Positions 36,531 to 49,790 of a DNA stretch of 64,000 bases are shown here, in pieces. Under the pieces are notes generated by a model. The model worked only from the letters and a program-made list of their open reading frames with translations. It made no database searches and was not told the DNA's origin. Source of the stretch: the human T2T-CHM13v2.0 reference genome, Homo sapiens. The position numbers were made by a program, and so were the translations under genes. The DNA is taken from the NCBI RefSeq assembly GCF_009914755.1, contig NC_060938.1; one strand, written 5' to 3'. The stretch's first letter is position 1; the number at the start of each line of letters is the position of its first letter.

Positions 36531-38968
36531 AGCAGAAGGGGTTGTAAACTCTAGGTGATGAACTCTTTGAGCATGCGATGGAAGCTATAGGTCTTCTCTG
36601 GCAGCATTCCAGCTTTAGGGAGTTTAAAATGTGTATGCACAGACAGTGGGATCATCTTGTCTCTCTACCTCCTACCATCCCCACAAGGTTAAAGAGCGCC
36701 TGCTTTGTTCTAGGAGCATTCCACACTGTAGGGCTACTGCTCCCTACCTTTCTGGACAGTGAGGCCCAATTTTCCTTTGCCCTTCTTCATAAGAAATGAG
36801 AAAAGCCCTGATTCCAAAGTACTTGTCTATTTGAAGAAAAAGCCCAAGGTGGGAGAGAAAGGCTGTCCAGTACTCACATCATTCACAGCCTGTCTGAATT
36901 CTGCCCCAAGAGGATGCAAATGAGAATAAGATCAGTTCACAGCCCGGGGCGTGAAGGGACTGGGCATGTCCCCTGGACCAAAGGCAGCCTTTCATTGGGA
37001 AGTCTGGCCTCTGACCTGGAAATGCAAAACAGACCAGAGGGCAAAGGACACTCTGGAGCCAGCAGCTGCTTTCCTGGAAAGACTGAAAATCTCCTACCAT
37101 GGGTCCCAATTAACCCTGCCTGGGCTAACCAGGGGCCATTTCAAGAGGCCCAGTGGTGCCTTTTGTGAGTAAATAGGGCCCTTTGGGAGTATGTATCCCT
37201 CTTCATTGCCCCTACCATTTATTTAATACTAATTTACGTATTTTATAAACATACTGTGGTTTTTTCAACCTTTGTGGTGAATTCCCCCTGATCCTCTCCA
37301 CCTTTTTTTTTTTTTTTGGCAAAATCCTAAAATTTTTGGTATTTCAAGGAGTCTGCAAAGTCCAAGATGTCTTACCTTAATAATAGGAGTCCATGCACAG
37401 CTGTAATAATTGGTCCTCTAGGTATAAGTGCTCCCTGACATGAGTCACAGACTTATTCTCAGTGACAGCATTGGAGTGAAGAGTCCTGTGTGGAAGTCAC
37501 TGAAGCTCATCAAGAGGGGCTGCCAGCCCGCTGCCCCTGGAATATGGGTCACCTTTGAGAGGAAAGGAGGGGCTCAGACGGGAGGGAGATGGGAGCAGGT
37601 GGCAGTGAAGCCCCAGCTTGGCTACCTGGAGAGGTTTGCATTGCCACCCAGAGTATGCCAGCGTCTCAGAAGATGGAACACGGAGCAAGGCCAGCAGAAA
37701 TGATTTTGAGCACAGGTTTTGCTATGGTAGGAATTGGTGATTTACACATGAAGTTTTGTAGATCATTACTTCTGGATCCTTAGATGAAGAAACCTCTGGT
37801 TCCTTATGAATACTGTATTGTTGGGAATAGAAAAATAAAAGTGTAGAGCTTTTAAAGAAATGAAATTTGACCTTTAAAATAAAGGCTATGCCTCAGAATG
37901 CCTTGTGAGGGGTGATCCCCTACGTGAAAAAACTGAAAGCCTTTTAAAGGAACCAGATTCAGGAAGGGGATAAAAAAGTGTAACATGGAAGCAGCTCAGG
38001 GGAGCTAATATAGGCAGTTTAATTAACATCTCCTGAGCAGGTGAGGATGGGCAGAGACAAGGTTGAGCATAAATCATTAACTTTTGTGACTTTTTACTCT
38101 TTCTAGGTAAAGATTAATGGAAGAAGGTGATCTTTGTTATAACTATAGAACAACTGGTTGCAAAAGTTGCACTCAAGCAATTAATTACTCATGGTATTTA
38201 TCCTGCAATTAGAGTATGCTGCCACCAATTCTCCCCTGCTCTCCTTTGCCTGCTCCAAACGACAAGGCTTATCAAAGAACCACTTCCTAACAATATTTTT
38301 TCCAGTTTAATTTTATGTAACAAGCACTTACTCAATCTGTTAAACATTAAACAATAGATAAGCCATAATGGTTATAGGCTTTTAAAGATATAAATGTCTA
38401 CGAAAAATCTGGTGGTTTTCTTTCTAACCATTTTTTGAAGTACCCTTTTTATTATGAAATATGTTATATATACAATAGAGAATATATAATATATATGCAA
38501 TTTAAGAGCCGATAATAAAGACTGACAACCAGTGTAATCACTGAGAATACAACATTGCCAGTGCATCTGAAGCCCTCTATGCATCCCTCCCCAATTGAAT
38601 CTCTCCTGTCTCCCGTGAAGATGTATCCACTCTGTCGAATACTGAATTTATCATTCCTTGCTTTTCTTTATAGTTTTTTCTTATCACACTTGTATGCATC
38701 CTTTAAAATATAGTATTTAGGTTTTCTTTTATATAGCTAGAATCATATTTATCTATTGCTTTGTGGCCTGTTTGCTTTATTCTACACTATGTTGACAAGT
38801 ATAGCTGTTGTTCATTCATTTTTACAATGGAATAGTTTTCCATTGTATAGATTTTCCAAATCTATTTATTCCTTCCCCTGTTGATGGACATTTGGGGTGT
38901 TACCAGTTTTGCTGTATCACAAATTGTCCTGCTATGAACATTCTTGTTTTTATCTCTTTGCACACATG

Positions 38969-39185
38969 TACCATCCCGACTGTATTCCAGCCAGGAGGAA
39001 GGAGAAAAGGGAAGGGGAAGAGCGTGCCCCTTCCCTTCCATGCAGAGATCACTTCACATGTATCCAATTGGCGAAAATGTAGTTGGGTGGCCACACTTAG
39101 CTTCAAAGGAGGCTGGGAAATGTAGTTCGTACCCAGGTGAAAACTCAGAAGAGGGATTGAGAGTCAACTGCCTGTTTCTACCACA
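38969..39185 (-). mobile_element. MLT1J/K-like LTR fragment inside L1M
   Basis: TATTCCAGCCAGGAGGAAGGAG..GGCCACACTTAGCTTCAAAGGAGGCTGGGAAATGTAGT..CTACCACA. Confidence 0.6.
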
Positions 39186-39796
39186 GGGTTTCATACCTGC
39201 TAGAAAAAAAAAATGTGTGGACAAAATGTAATTATTGCTTACCATGTTCTGTTTTGTCCATTAGATCAAGGTTTTAATGATTTAGTTTAAATCTTCAAGG
39301 TCTTGGTCTATACATCATTGAGAAAGAGCTGATAACATTTTTCACTATGATAGTAAATTGCATATTTCTCTTTATAGTTCTATGAATTTTTGATTTACAT
39401 ATTTTGAGGTTATCTGATTAGGAATACACAAGTTTAGAACTGTTATCTTTTCCTGATAAATTAAACATTTATTTATATATATTGACTCTCTGTCTCTAAT
39501 AATGATTTTTGCCTTAAAGTCTATTTTTGCCTGCTATAAAATAGCTATACTACATGTTGTTACTACTTGCTTAAGTATATAATTTTTAAGTTTTAAACTT
39601 TATTGTGTTTTAATTTTGTGTGTTTTTACGTAGCTCAATTTTATGCCCCCCACCCCCTGCCCCCCCGTCTGACCGTCTTTTTAATTTAAACTTAGGGAAG
39701 TTGGTCCATTTAGGTTGATTGATTTACTGATGTATTTGAATTCATTTCTACCATCTTATTTTATGCATTTTTTTCTTTTCTTCCCTTATTGCCTTA

Positions 39797-40172
39797 CAGT
39801 AGTCCCCCCTTATCCATGGGGAATATGTTCCAACATCTCCAGTGGATGCCTGAAACCACGGATAGTACCAAACCCCATATATACTATGTTTTTTTGATTT
39901 GATAACCAAGATGGCTACTAAGTGAATAAGGGACAGGTAGTGTATACAGCATGGATACACTGGACCAAGGGATGATTCACATCCTTGATGAGATGGAGCA
40001 GGACAGCTCAAGATTTCATCATGCTACTCAGAAGAGTACACAATTTAAAACTTATGAGTTGTTTATTTCTGGAATTTTTTATTTAATATCTATGAACAAT
40101 GGTGAACCATGGTTGACCATGGACAACTGAAACTATGGAAAGAGAAATCATGAATAAGGGGGGGAACTACTG
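39797..40172 (-). mobile_element. MER44A (Tigger7-derived) DNA transposon
   Basis: TIRs CAGTAGTCCCCCCTTATCCA / TGAATAAGGGGGGGAACTACTG with TA duplication on both sides. Confidence 0.92.
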
Positions 40173-40263
40173 TATTTTAGATTATTTAAGGCTATCATCC
40201 ATATTAAAACTTTTTCATCTTAGTTATAGTCTCTATTTCTATGTTTTTCAATGTTCACCCTAG

Positions 40264-40589
<326 letters not shown>

Positions 40590-41058
40590 TGAAATCTAAA
40601 GTTAATCAATATTTTTCTCTTCCCCCAGAAAAATGTGGGAAATTTAACTCCTATCACACTCTGAGACATGTACTATTTTCCAGTATGTTTTCCATAAGTT
40701 CCCAAAGTTAGACATTATTATTGTTTTAAATAATAGAAATCTGACAGTTATTTGTTCTCAACCCTTTCAATATGTTATTCTATCCTCTTCTGTTATTATT
40801 GGTTCTGCCGAGAAGTCAGGTGTTAAGTCAGTCTAATGTTCTTTTATAAGTAATTTTCCTTTTCTCTTTAGCAGATTAAAATATTTCACAGTATAAGATC
40901 TTCTGTTTGACTTTGGTGTTCTAAAATTTAACAATAATTCTAGGGTTTTTTTTGTTTGTCCTCTTTTAATTTACCCTGCTTGGGATTCACTTCTTGGGCT
41001 TCTTGAATATGAAGACTTGTATCTTTTATCAGTTCTGGAAAATTCTCATCTGTCATCT

Positions 41059-42010
41059 TGATATAGGAGTTAAAAAGAAGGTATTTAGGCTGATAGTGAG
41101 GGTAAAGAAGTCCTTGATAAAGTTTTCCTTTTAATGAAACTGGAAGCCATTAATTATCCTTAGCAAACTAACACAGGAACAGAAAACCAAACACTGCATG
41201 TCCTCACTCATGAGTGGGAGTTGAACATTGAGAACAGATGGACATAGAGAGGGGAACAACACACACCAGGGCCTGTTGGGGGTGGGGAGTGAGGGGAGGG
41301 AATTTAGAGGACAGGTCAATAGGTGCGGCAAACCACCATGGCACACGTATACCTATGTAACAAACCTGCACATTCTGCATATGTATCCCCCTTTTTTTTT
41401 AAAGAAGAAATGAAGAAAAAAATTATTATAAGAAAGTAAAAAAAGTTCTCCTTTTAATGAAAAGAAGCCCCCAGATAATTTTCTTTTCTTACAAAGAGCA
41501 ACCTGTAAAATCAAGCTGCAGACATAGACAAGCAAGCTGGAAGCTTGCACAGGTGAATGACGGCAGCTGTGCCAATAGGAATAGGCTACCTGGGACTGGG
41601 CATGATCAAAAGGGCAGCTCCATCTTCCCTTCTCTTTGCCAGCCGTGTGTACAGTAAGGTGCAGACAAGATGGCATTGGCCAAGTGGAAAGTCCATTTGC
41701 ATAATAAGATTAAGATGGGTCAACCAGCCTTCCCCGCACTATGTAAACATCAGACCTGGTCAAAACCAATCTGTGGGCCATAAATAAATCAGACACTGCC
41801 TCCTCGAGCCTGCCTGTAAAATCTGCTGTGGTCTGCTGCAGGCTGCCTTTTCCCTTTTGGATGCCCGTCTCTCGCGAGAGGGAGAGAGCTGCTCTCCTTT
41901 CTCTTCCTTTTGCCTATTACACCTTTGCTCCTAAACTCACTCCTCGAGTGTGTCAGTGTCCTTAATCTTCTTGGTGCAAGACGACCAACCCCAGACACAA
42001 TGCCCCTTTA
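41059..42010 (+). mobile_element. LTR9-family (ERV1) solo LTR, interrupted by L1PA
   Basis: TGATATAGGAGTTAAAAAGAAG..GCTGCAGACATAGACAAGCAAGCTGGAAGCTTGCAC..CCATTTGCATAATAAGATTA..; 4-bp TSD ATCT (41055-41058, 42011-42014). Confidence 0.85.
41140..41441 (+). mobile_element. Short 5'-truncated L1PA (about PA8-12) 3' end inside LTR9
   Basis: CTTAGCAAACTAACACAGGAACAGAAAACCAAACACTGCATG..ACCTATGTAACAAACCTGCACATTCTGCA; 21-bp duplication AAAGTT(T/C)TCCTTTTAATGAAA. Confidence 0.92.
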
Positions 42011-43447
42011 ATCTCTGAATATCGCCTCTTCCCCATTCTCTCTGTTATCTCCTGGAACTCTGGTTAAACCTTCTGTGTCCTTCATTTCTCTTAATCTCTC
42101 TTCCAGGTTTTTCATTTTTTTGTTTCACTGGGCTAATTTCTGTGTAATTTTTTTCAGATCTATTTTTCAATTCTTGAATTCTCACTTTAGCTATGTCCAA
42201 TCTACTATTTAAATTACTCACCAAATTTCTAATATCAGTTATGGTCTTTGTGTTTCTAGCAGTTGTAGTTTCAAAAATTTTGCCCATTCAAATATAATAA
42301 TCTTTTGTTCCTTAGTATCTTTAATTCTTCTTTTTCATTGTTAAACATCTTAAATATATTTGTTTCATATTTCATATCTTATAATTTCTGTATCTTTCAC
42401 CTTTGCATGTCTACTTTTTTAGTGATTAGATTTGTTTTTCAGTTTGTTTCTTCAGACGATAGCTCACAATGGCTCGTTTCCTTATGTGTTTTGTGATTTT
42501 GTTGCTGTGATTGTGGTTGTTGTAAGTTCATTAATTCTGTGGGAATTAATTGAAGCCTGGATTTAAAATGCATCTCTTCTAAGAGGATTTGATCTGTTTC
42601 TACCAAAGGCCTTAGGAAGCTATACTCCAAGAAAATTTTAATCTAAATTTTCAATGTGAGATTTTTATGGAAGTGCTAGTGCAAATCCTTATCCCAAAAT
42701 CTTCATGACAGATACTTACGGTTGTTAGGGATTCTTAGAGGAGATTTTTTGTCTTTATTTTCTTCTCTACTAATAGTCAAGGCAAAAACAATTTATATCA
42801 TTTTCCAATGAAAGATGAAGATTTTTCCCCTAGTTTACCTCTGAGGGTCTGTCCTTTTGGATGTTCTGGCTTTTTTTTTTGGGTGGAGGGCAGTGGGCTT
42901 CATTCCAACCTCACATAATGCTGGAGACCCAGGCTTTTCTCCTACCGTGCCCCACCCCACCACATCTTCAGTCCTTTAAACCTAAGTTTCAGGACATTGG
43001 AGATTAACAGTTGCCCCAGACAAGTGCTTCAGTGCTCTCTTGCCTCTTAGATTTGTGTATTCTCATTGATTTAGATTTCTGAGGATTTCTCTTACTTTTT
43101 TTTTTTTTTTTACAGACTTAACCATGCCCTTACAAGGTGTTTTCTTGTATTTTCATCCTATACTTTTAGATGTTCCATACTAGACAACTTGTCGGCCATA
43201 TTTCTGAATATGGGAGTCTTTCCTAATATTTTTTAGTGTACATCCTTAGAATTTGATTAGAATGATTCTTTGTAACAAAACAAAAATCCTTAGCATCATA
43301 TTCTTCCATGACTGACTTAACATGGCCTTCAAATGCTTTTAAGCTGTCTCATTCAGCTGTTGAAAGCTTTCTATCACAGGCACTCTGCCTATCTAAGCCA
43401 AGAAAGGCAAAAATGTGTCATTTTCCCTGGTAACTCTGAATTACTGG

Positions 43448-44340
43448 TGTGGCTAACCGAGTCTAAGGTAACGTTCATCATCCCCGCTTCCTGGGATTCA
43501 CACCCTTGTGTAATCTCCTTCCTTTGAGTGTGGGCAGGATATGTGACTTGCTTCTAACCAACAGAGTACAGCAAAGGTAATGGGATGCTCCTGATTACAC
43601 AACATTGTAATGTCTGTCTTGCTAGAATACTGTTTTCCTTGCTGGCTTTGAAAAAATAAGCTGCCTTTTGTAAGCTGCGTATGGGGAGGGCCACTTGAGG
43701 AGCTGAAGGGAGCTTCCAGCCCACAACCAGCTAGAAACCGAGACCCTCAGTGTGGCAGCCTGTGAGGAAATGGATTCTGCCAACAACCACCTCAGCTGGG
43801 AAGTGAGTCCTTCCCCAGTTGGGCCTCAAATGAGACCTCAGCCCTATAAGATGTCTGGATTGCAGCTTTGTGAGAGATCTTAGAGCACAGACTGCTGACC
43901 CACAGAAATTGTGTGATATGGTTTGGCTGTGTCCCCATCCAAAATCTCTACTTGTAATCCCCATAATCCCCACATGTCAAGGGTGAGACCAGGTGGAGGT
44001 AATTGAATTATGAGGGTGGTTTCCCCATGCTGTTCTCATGATAGTGAGTGAGTTCTCATGAGATCTGATGGTTTTATAGGTGTCCAGTAGTTCCTCCTGT
44101 GTTCATTCTCCTTCCTGCCACTCTGTGAAGAAGGTACCTTGCTTCCCCTTTGCCTTCCGCCATGATTATAAGCTTCCTGAGGCCTCCCAAGCCATGTGGA
44201 ACTGTGTCAATTAAACCTTTATAAATTATCCAGTCTCAGGCAGTTCTTTATAGCAGTATGTAAAGGGACTAACACACTGTGAGACAGTACATGTGTGTTG
44301 TTTTAAGCCACCAAGTCTATGGTGTCAATAGATAACTAAT
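43448..44340 (+). mobile_element. MLT1F-like MaLR LTR, split by THE1D
   Basis: ATTCACACCCTTGTGTAATCTCCTTCCTTTGAGTGTGGGCAGG..GATTCTGCCAACAACCAC..TGTGTTGTTTTAAGCCAC..ATAGATAACTAAT. Confidence 0.85.
43914..44276 (+). mobile_element. THE1D/MSTA-like solo LTR
   Basis: TGATATGGTTTGGCTGTGTCCCCA...GGACTAACACA; TSD TTGTG / CTGTG. Confidence 0.9.
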
Positions 44341-44393
44341 TGGATATTAATTAGTTGATACAATTGATGATGGCCATTTTGAAAAATGTTATG

Positions 44394-44678
44394 GGCCAGG
44401 CGAGGTAGCTCATGCCTGTAATCCCAGCACTTTGGGAGGCTAAGGTGGGCGGATCACTAGGTCAGGAGTTTGAGACCAGTCTGGCCAACATAGTGAAACC
44501 CCATCTCTACTAAAAATACACAAAAAATTAGGCAGGCATGGTGGTGTTCACCTGTAGGCTGAGGCAGGAGAATCGTGTGAACCCAGGAGGCAGAGACTGC
44601 AGTGAGCCGAAATTGTGCCACTGCACTCTGGGGTGCAGTGGGTGACAGAACGAGACTCTGTCTCAAAAAAAAAAAAAA
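44394..44678 (+). mobile_element. AluS with internal deletion and small inverted insertion
   Basis: GGCCAGGCGAGGTAGCTCATGCCTGTAATCCC...TCTC-A14; TSD AAAAATGTTATG. Confidence 0.93.
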
Positions 44679-45554
44679 TGTTATGAAGTTGAGTTTAGGC
44701 TCAGCAGTAGAAAGTTGATGATCAACTGGTCATGCATGCTGGGGTAAAGAATCAAGCAGGCGACACCAGTGCCCATTACTTGTCAACCCAGGCCTAACCT
44801 ATCAGAGGTGTTTACAGGATTGTCTTAGTTTCCCTTTGAGCTGTCCAGATCCTCAGTAATCTGGGAGTCCAATACGTGGCTCACAGGCCATGATTCATTA
44901 GCCAGAATTTTCTTAAACTTCTTTAGCTAATACAAAAGAACCAGTGGGGACTTCACTTGACTGCCACCATTTATAACTGATTACCACCAGATATCATGTT
45001 AACAGATTTGGATTAATTAGGAATGGTAATTTAAGAAGAATGTAATTAATTATGTACTTCTGAACCATTTGATTTTAATTCAGCTACATTGGGGCATCAT
45101 AAAGAATGATAGACAAAAAATAAGGTAATTTGAAATAAAGACTCACCATGGGCTTAATTAATATTTGAACTACATTCAATACTCATACCAAGTGAAGAAC
45201 CTCTTGACTCACCATTATCAGTAAAAAAAAAGTCATGAAAATGGATTTCTAAGCATGATGCACATTAATTTTAAAAAGGTTGGTGCACCTGACCTAAAGA
45301 TATGGGCACTATCTCTAACATTTTTACAACTTTCCTTTCTTGCAACATGTGCAAAATGAAAGAGAAATTATACAAGTATCCCTTTGTTAAGAAGATAAAT
45401 TTTTCAAGATCATGTCCTCTTGACTCAGAAGGCAGTGGTTCCCCAGTTACTTTAGTCAGTTAGAGTGAATTCTTGCTCATTAATAGTGATCAAGCTGAGA
45501 GATTTTTGCATGCTGACTTCTTCTGGTGACTTCTTATCAATGATTATAGCTAAT

Positions 45555-46740
<1,186 letters not shown>

Positions 46741-46999
46741 CTTACCTGCAACTTGTATAAAACGCCTCTGCTACTTCCAGAAACTTTTTCAAAGTGAATG
46801 TTTCTCATTTTAGAACATTTTAAGATAAACAGAATTTCCTCTGCTTAGCATATAACAACTGTCTAAACACTATTATCAAGTGAATACATAAAAGAATTTA
46901 GTTTTATACTAGCAATGTAGTACTTGCAGTGTTTTGCGTACTGTGAGAAGATTAAAAACACACGTACACACACACACACATTTTTTTTTTCCTTTCCTG

Positions 47000-47160
47000 T
47001 TCACATTATTCCTGCAAGCGATTTACGTTCCTTCTTTTTACAAATGAGTAAACAAGGTCAAGTAACTTGTTGTAAGTCGCACAGCTAGAACATGGTGGAG
47101 CAGAGATAGGAATACTTGTTGATTTGACTGCAAAGCCTGAGATATTTCCATTCTGTCACA
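47000..47160 (-). mobile_element. MIR
   Basis: TTTTACAAATGAGTAAAC..GGTCAAGTAACTTG..GTCGCACAGCTAG..TGACTGCAAAGCC. Confidence 0.65.
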
Positions 47161-48624
47161 TTGTCTCCAGAAATTAACCCAAAAACCTACTGTCATAAGT
47201 CAAATGCTTTCACTTATCTGTGTCCTTGCTGACCCATTAGCACAGCTAGTGGGCAATCTCCTAGCACTGCCCAGCTTTGATGTTGAATCACATCAGGACG
47301 GAAACATATCCTCTCTTCCATCTTGCACCTGCTCCTTTAGTAATGTTCCCACATTGGCTGACCTGGGAGGTCTGATTTGGAATGTCAATTTCAGGGAGCC
47401 CAGTGCTCAACAGCAGGCCTGCTCTGTGCTCTCTGCTCCCTACTTTTGCATAACGGCACCAAATTGCCTAAAATATCCACAGTGGAGATTTGTCCTAAGA
47501 AGTGAGGACTGGTCAGCTGTATGACTATCTGGCTAGGTTGGTGTTTAAACTGTGATAATCATGGAAAGACACTTTGTCCCAAGTCTACAGCACTAAGAGG
47601 ATGAAGCATATTCACTTGCTTATTGATTGGTTTTTATTATTTAATGACTGCCTATTGAGTACTTAATGCAAAGAACTTTGTTAGATGCTCAGGAGCATAG
47701 AGATGTGCAAAAGCTGAGTGAGTGAGAATGGTGGCCTGGGGGAGAGGAGAAACTGTTATGGAAGTCAGTTGTCTTAAGTGAAGAACCAGTGGAGCTGTGT
47801 GAAGATTAGGCAAGAAAGCTCTCAGAGGCCTTTTGTGACTGAGCCATACTTATGCAGGCAGGCCCTGCCACTCGGGAAAAGGGTAAGAGAAGACGCTGAA
47901 CAGCCAAGAGACAAGACAGTGAAGGGAAAGGAGCTGTATCCTGGTTTGCCACCATCTTGACATGCAACATTGGATACGTCCCCTCACCCATCTGATTTTC
48001 AGTTTTTCATTCCCAGTGATAATCTCCAGCCCTCTTCCCTTCTGTCTGGCAGAGAGCACATATCTGGGGCCCACTTCTAGACCTGCTGGCGACTGGCCCA
48101 GCCTTTGTGCCTACTTCCCCAGGCAGGCCTGTGCTGAACACATGGGCATGGCTGAATATTTACTGTCATGCAAAGCAGCTGATGGTGAGTAATATACCAC
48201 GGCTCGCTCATTCCCTTCCAAGTCATGTTCAGTGAAAAAGCATGTGTGCAGAAAAGTTCAGAGTAGTTTCATGGCATACCCAGGAGTGCTTGGGAATGGC
48301 TGAAAGAGCTAGGGACTGCTTACCATGTCTGGCTGCCAGCTGCCAGCTGCGAGCTGCCAAGCCTAGGGTTTCACATCTGAGCTGGGTTTCCTAAGCTCGG
48401 CCGTAAGCCCGTGGGCAGAAGACTGTCTTCGTGCCTAAGAGGAGCTGTATACAAACAATGAATCAGTGTCACGACTGTTGGCTGGAGAAAATGTGGCCTG
48501 TGTCCAAGACGAGTGCCAACAAGCTGGCACAAGTGGGCCTGACCCATCAGCAAGAAAAGCTTTGAAAATCTGAGGATTCAGGGATTAGGGAAGAGAATCT
48601 TGAATTCTGTCCCAGTTGCAACTT

Positions 48625-48880
48625 CCATTCATTTGACAAATAATTTTTGAGCCCCTGCTACATGTCAGACCTCTTACAGGCACATGGGGTACATCAGTAA
48701 AGAAAACAGACCAAGATTCTTGCCCTTTTGAAGTTTACAGTCTATAGGAAGGATAAATGATAAGAAATAAACATAATGAATCAAGGCATTTTACCGTATA
48801 TCAGAAGACAAGTGCTTTGGAAACCAAGAAAGAACTAGGTAAGAGGGCACCAGAGTGGGGAGAAGGCAGTAGGTTGCAGT
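48625..48880 (-). mobile_element. L2 (L2a-like) 3' end
   Basis: CATTCATTTGACAAATAATTTTTGAGCCCCTGCTACATGTCAG..CAGTAAAGAAAACAGACCAAGATTCTTGCCCT. Confidence 0.8.
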
Positions 48881-49423
48881 ACTAGCCTTTAATTACTTTT
48901 ATTTACTTTATTTAATTTTCTCCTGCAACCAGTGGATACCCTCAAATAGAACCATTTTAGAAGTTTGAGCATTTAGGTAAGAGAAGGAATTTGGGATGGG
49001 ATTGGGTATAATGGACAGTTATGCAGGGAAATGAGAAATATCAATGGACCAGACCACAGAAGAGGGTTATCTCCAGAAATCTTGCAAAAACCCTTTTCTC
49101 AGGCTTGGTCCACCACTGCCTCCAAAGTGTGGCCCTTATCCACTGTACCATACTCACCTCCCAGAACCTGGGACAGATGAAGTGTGTCTGTCTGTCTGTG
49201 TCGGGGGAGGAGGGCAGGTAAGCACAATTACCATGTCAATCAGGGCTGTTTTGGAGACATACTTTCAAATTTCACTTTCCTAGATTTTCTGAGTTAGAGT
49301 AACCATCTGCAAAGAGTTGTCTATCTTGTGGACTGCAAGGACCCAAACATGGGGCCATCTATTTGATTCTCTTCACATAAGAGAGATGAAGGTTTTTTCA
49401 ATGGACAATTGCTGAGGCTGGAA

Positions 49424-49790
49424 TTAAGTACTGAATGTTTGTTTGCCACCAACATTCTTACATTGAAGTCTTAACCCCCAATGTGATAGTGTTTGGAGGT
49501 GAGGCCTTTGAGAGGTGATTAGGTTTAAATGAGGTTGTGATGGTGAGGCCCCACGATGGGATTGGTGTTCTTGTAAGAAGAGGAAGAGAGTGGAGCTCAC
49601 TCTCTCCTCCACGTGAGGACACAGCAAGAAGGTGGTCCCTGCAAGCCAGAAGAAGGCCTTCACCAGAAGCCAAAACTGTTGGTCTTGATCTTGAACTTCC
49701 CAGCCTCCAGAATCACAAGAAACAAATGTCTGTTGTTTAAGCCACTCAGTCTGTGGTATTTTGTTATAGTAGCCCAAGCTGACTACAACA
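49424..49790 (+). mobile_element. MLT1A/A0 MaLR LTR
   Basis: CTGAATGTTTGT..TTAACCCCCAATGTGATAGTGTTTGGAGGTGAGGCCTTTG..TTGATCTTGAACTTCCCAGCCTCCAGAA..TTGTTATAGTAGCCCAAGCTGACTA. Confidence 0.9.
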
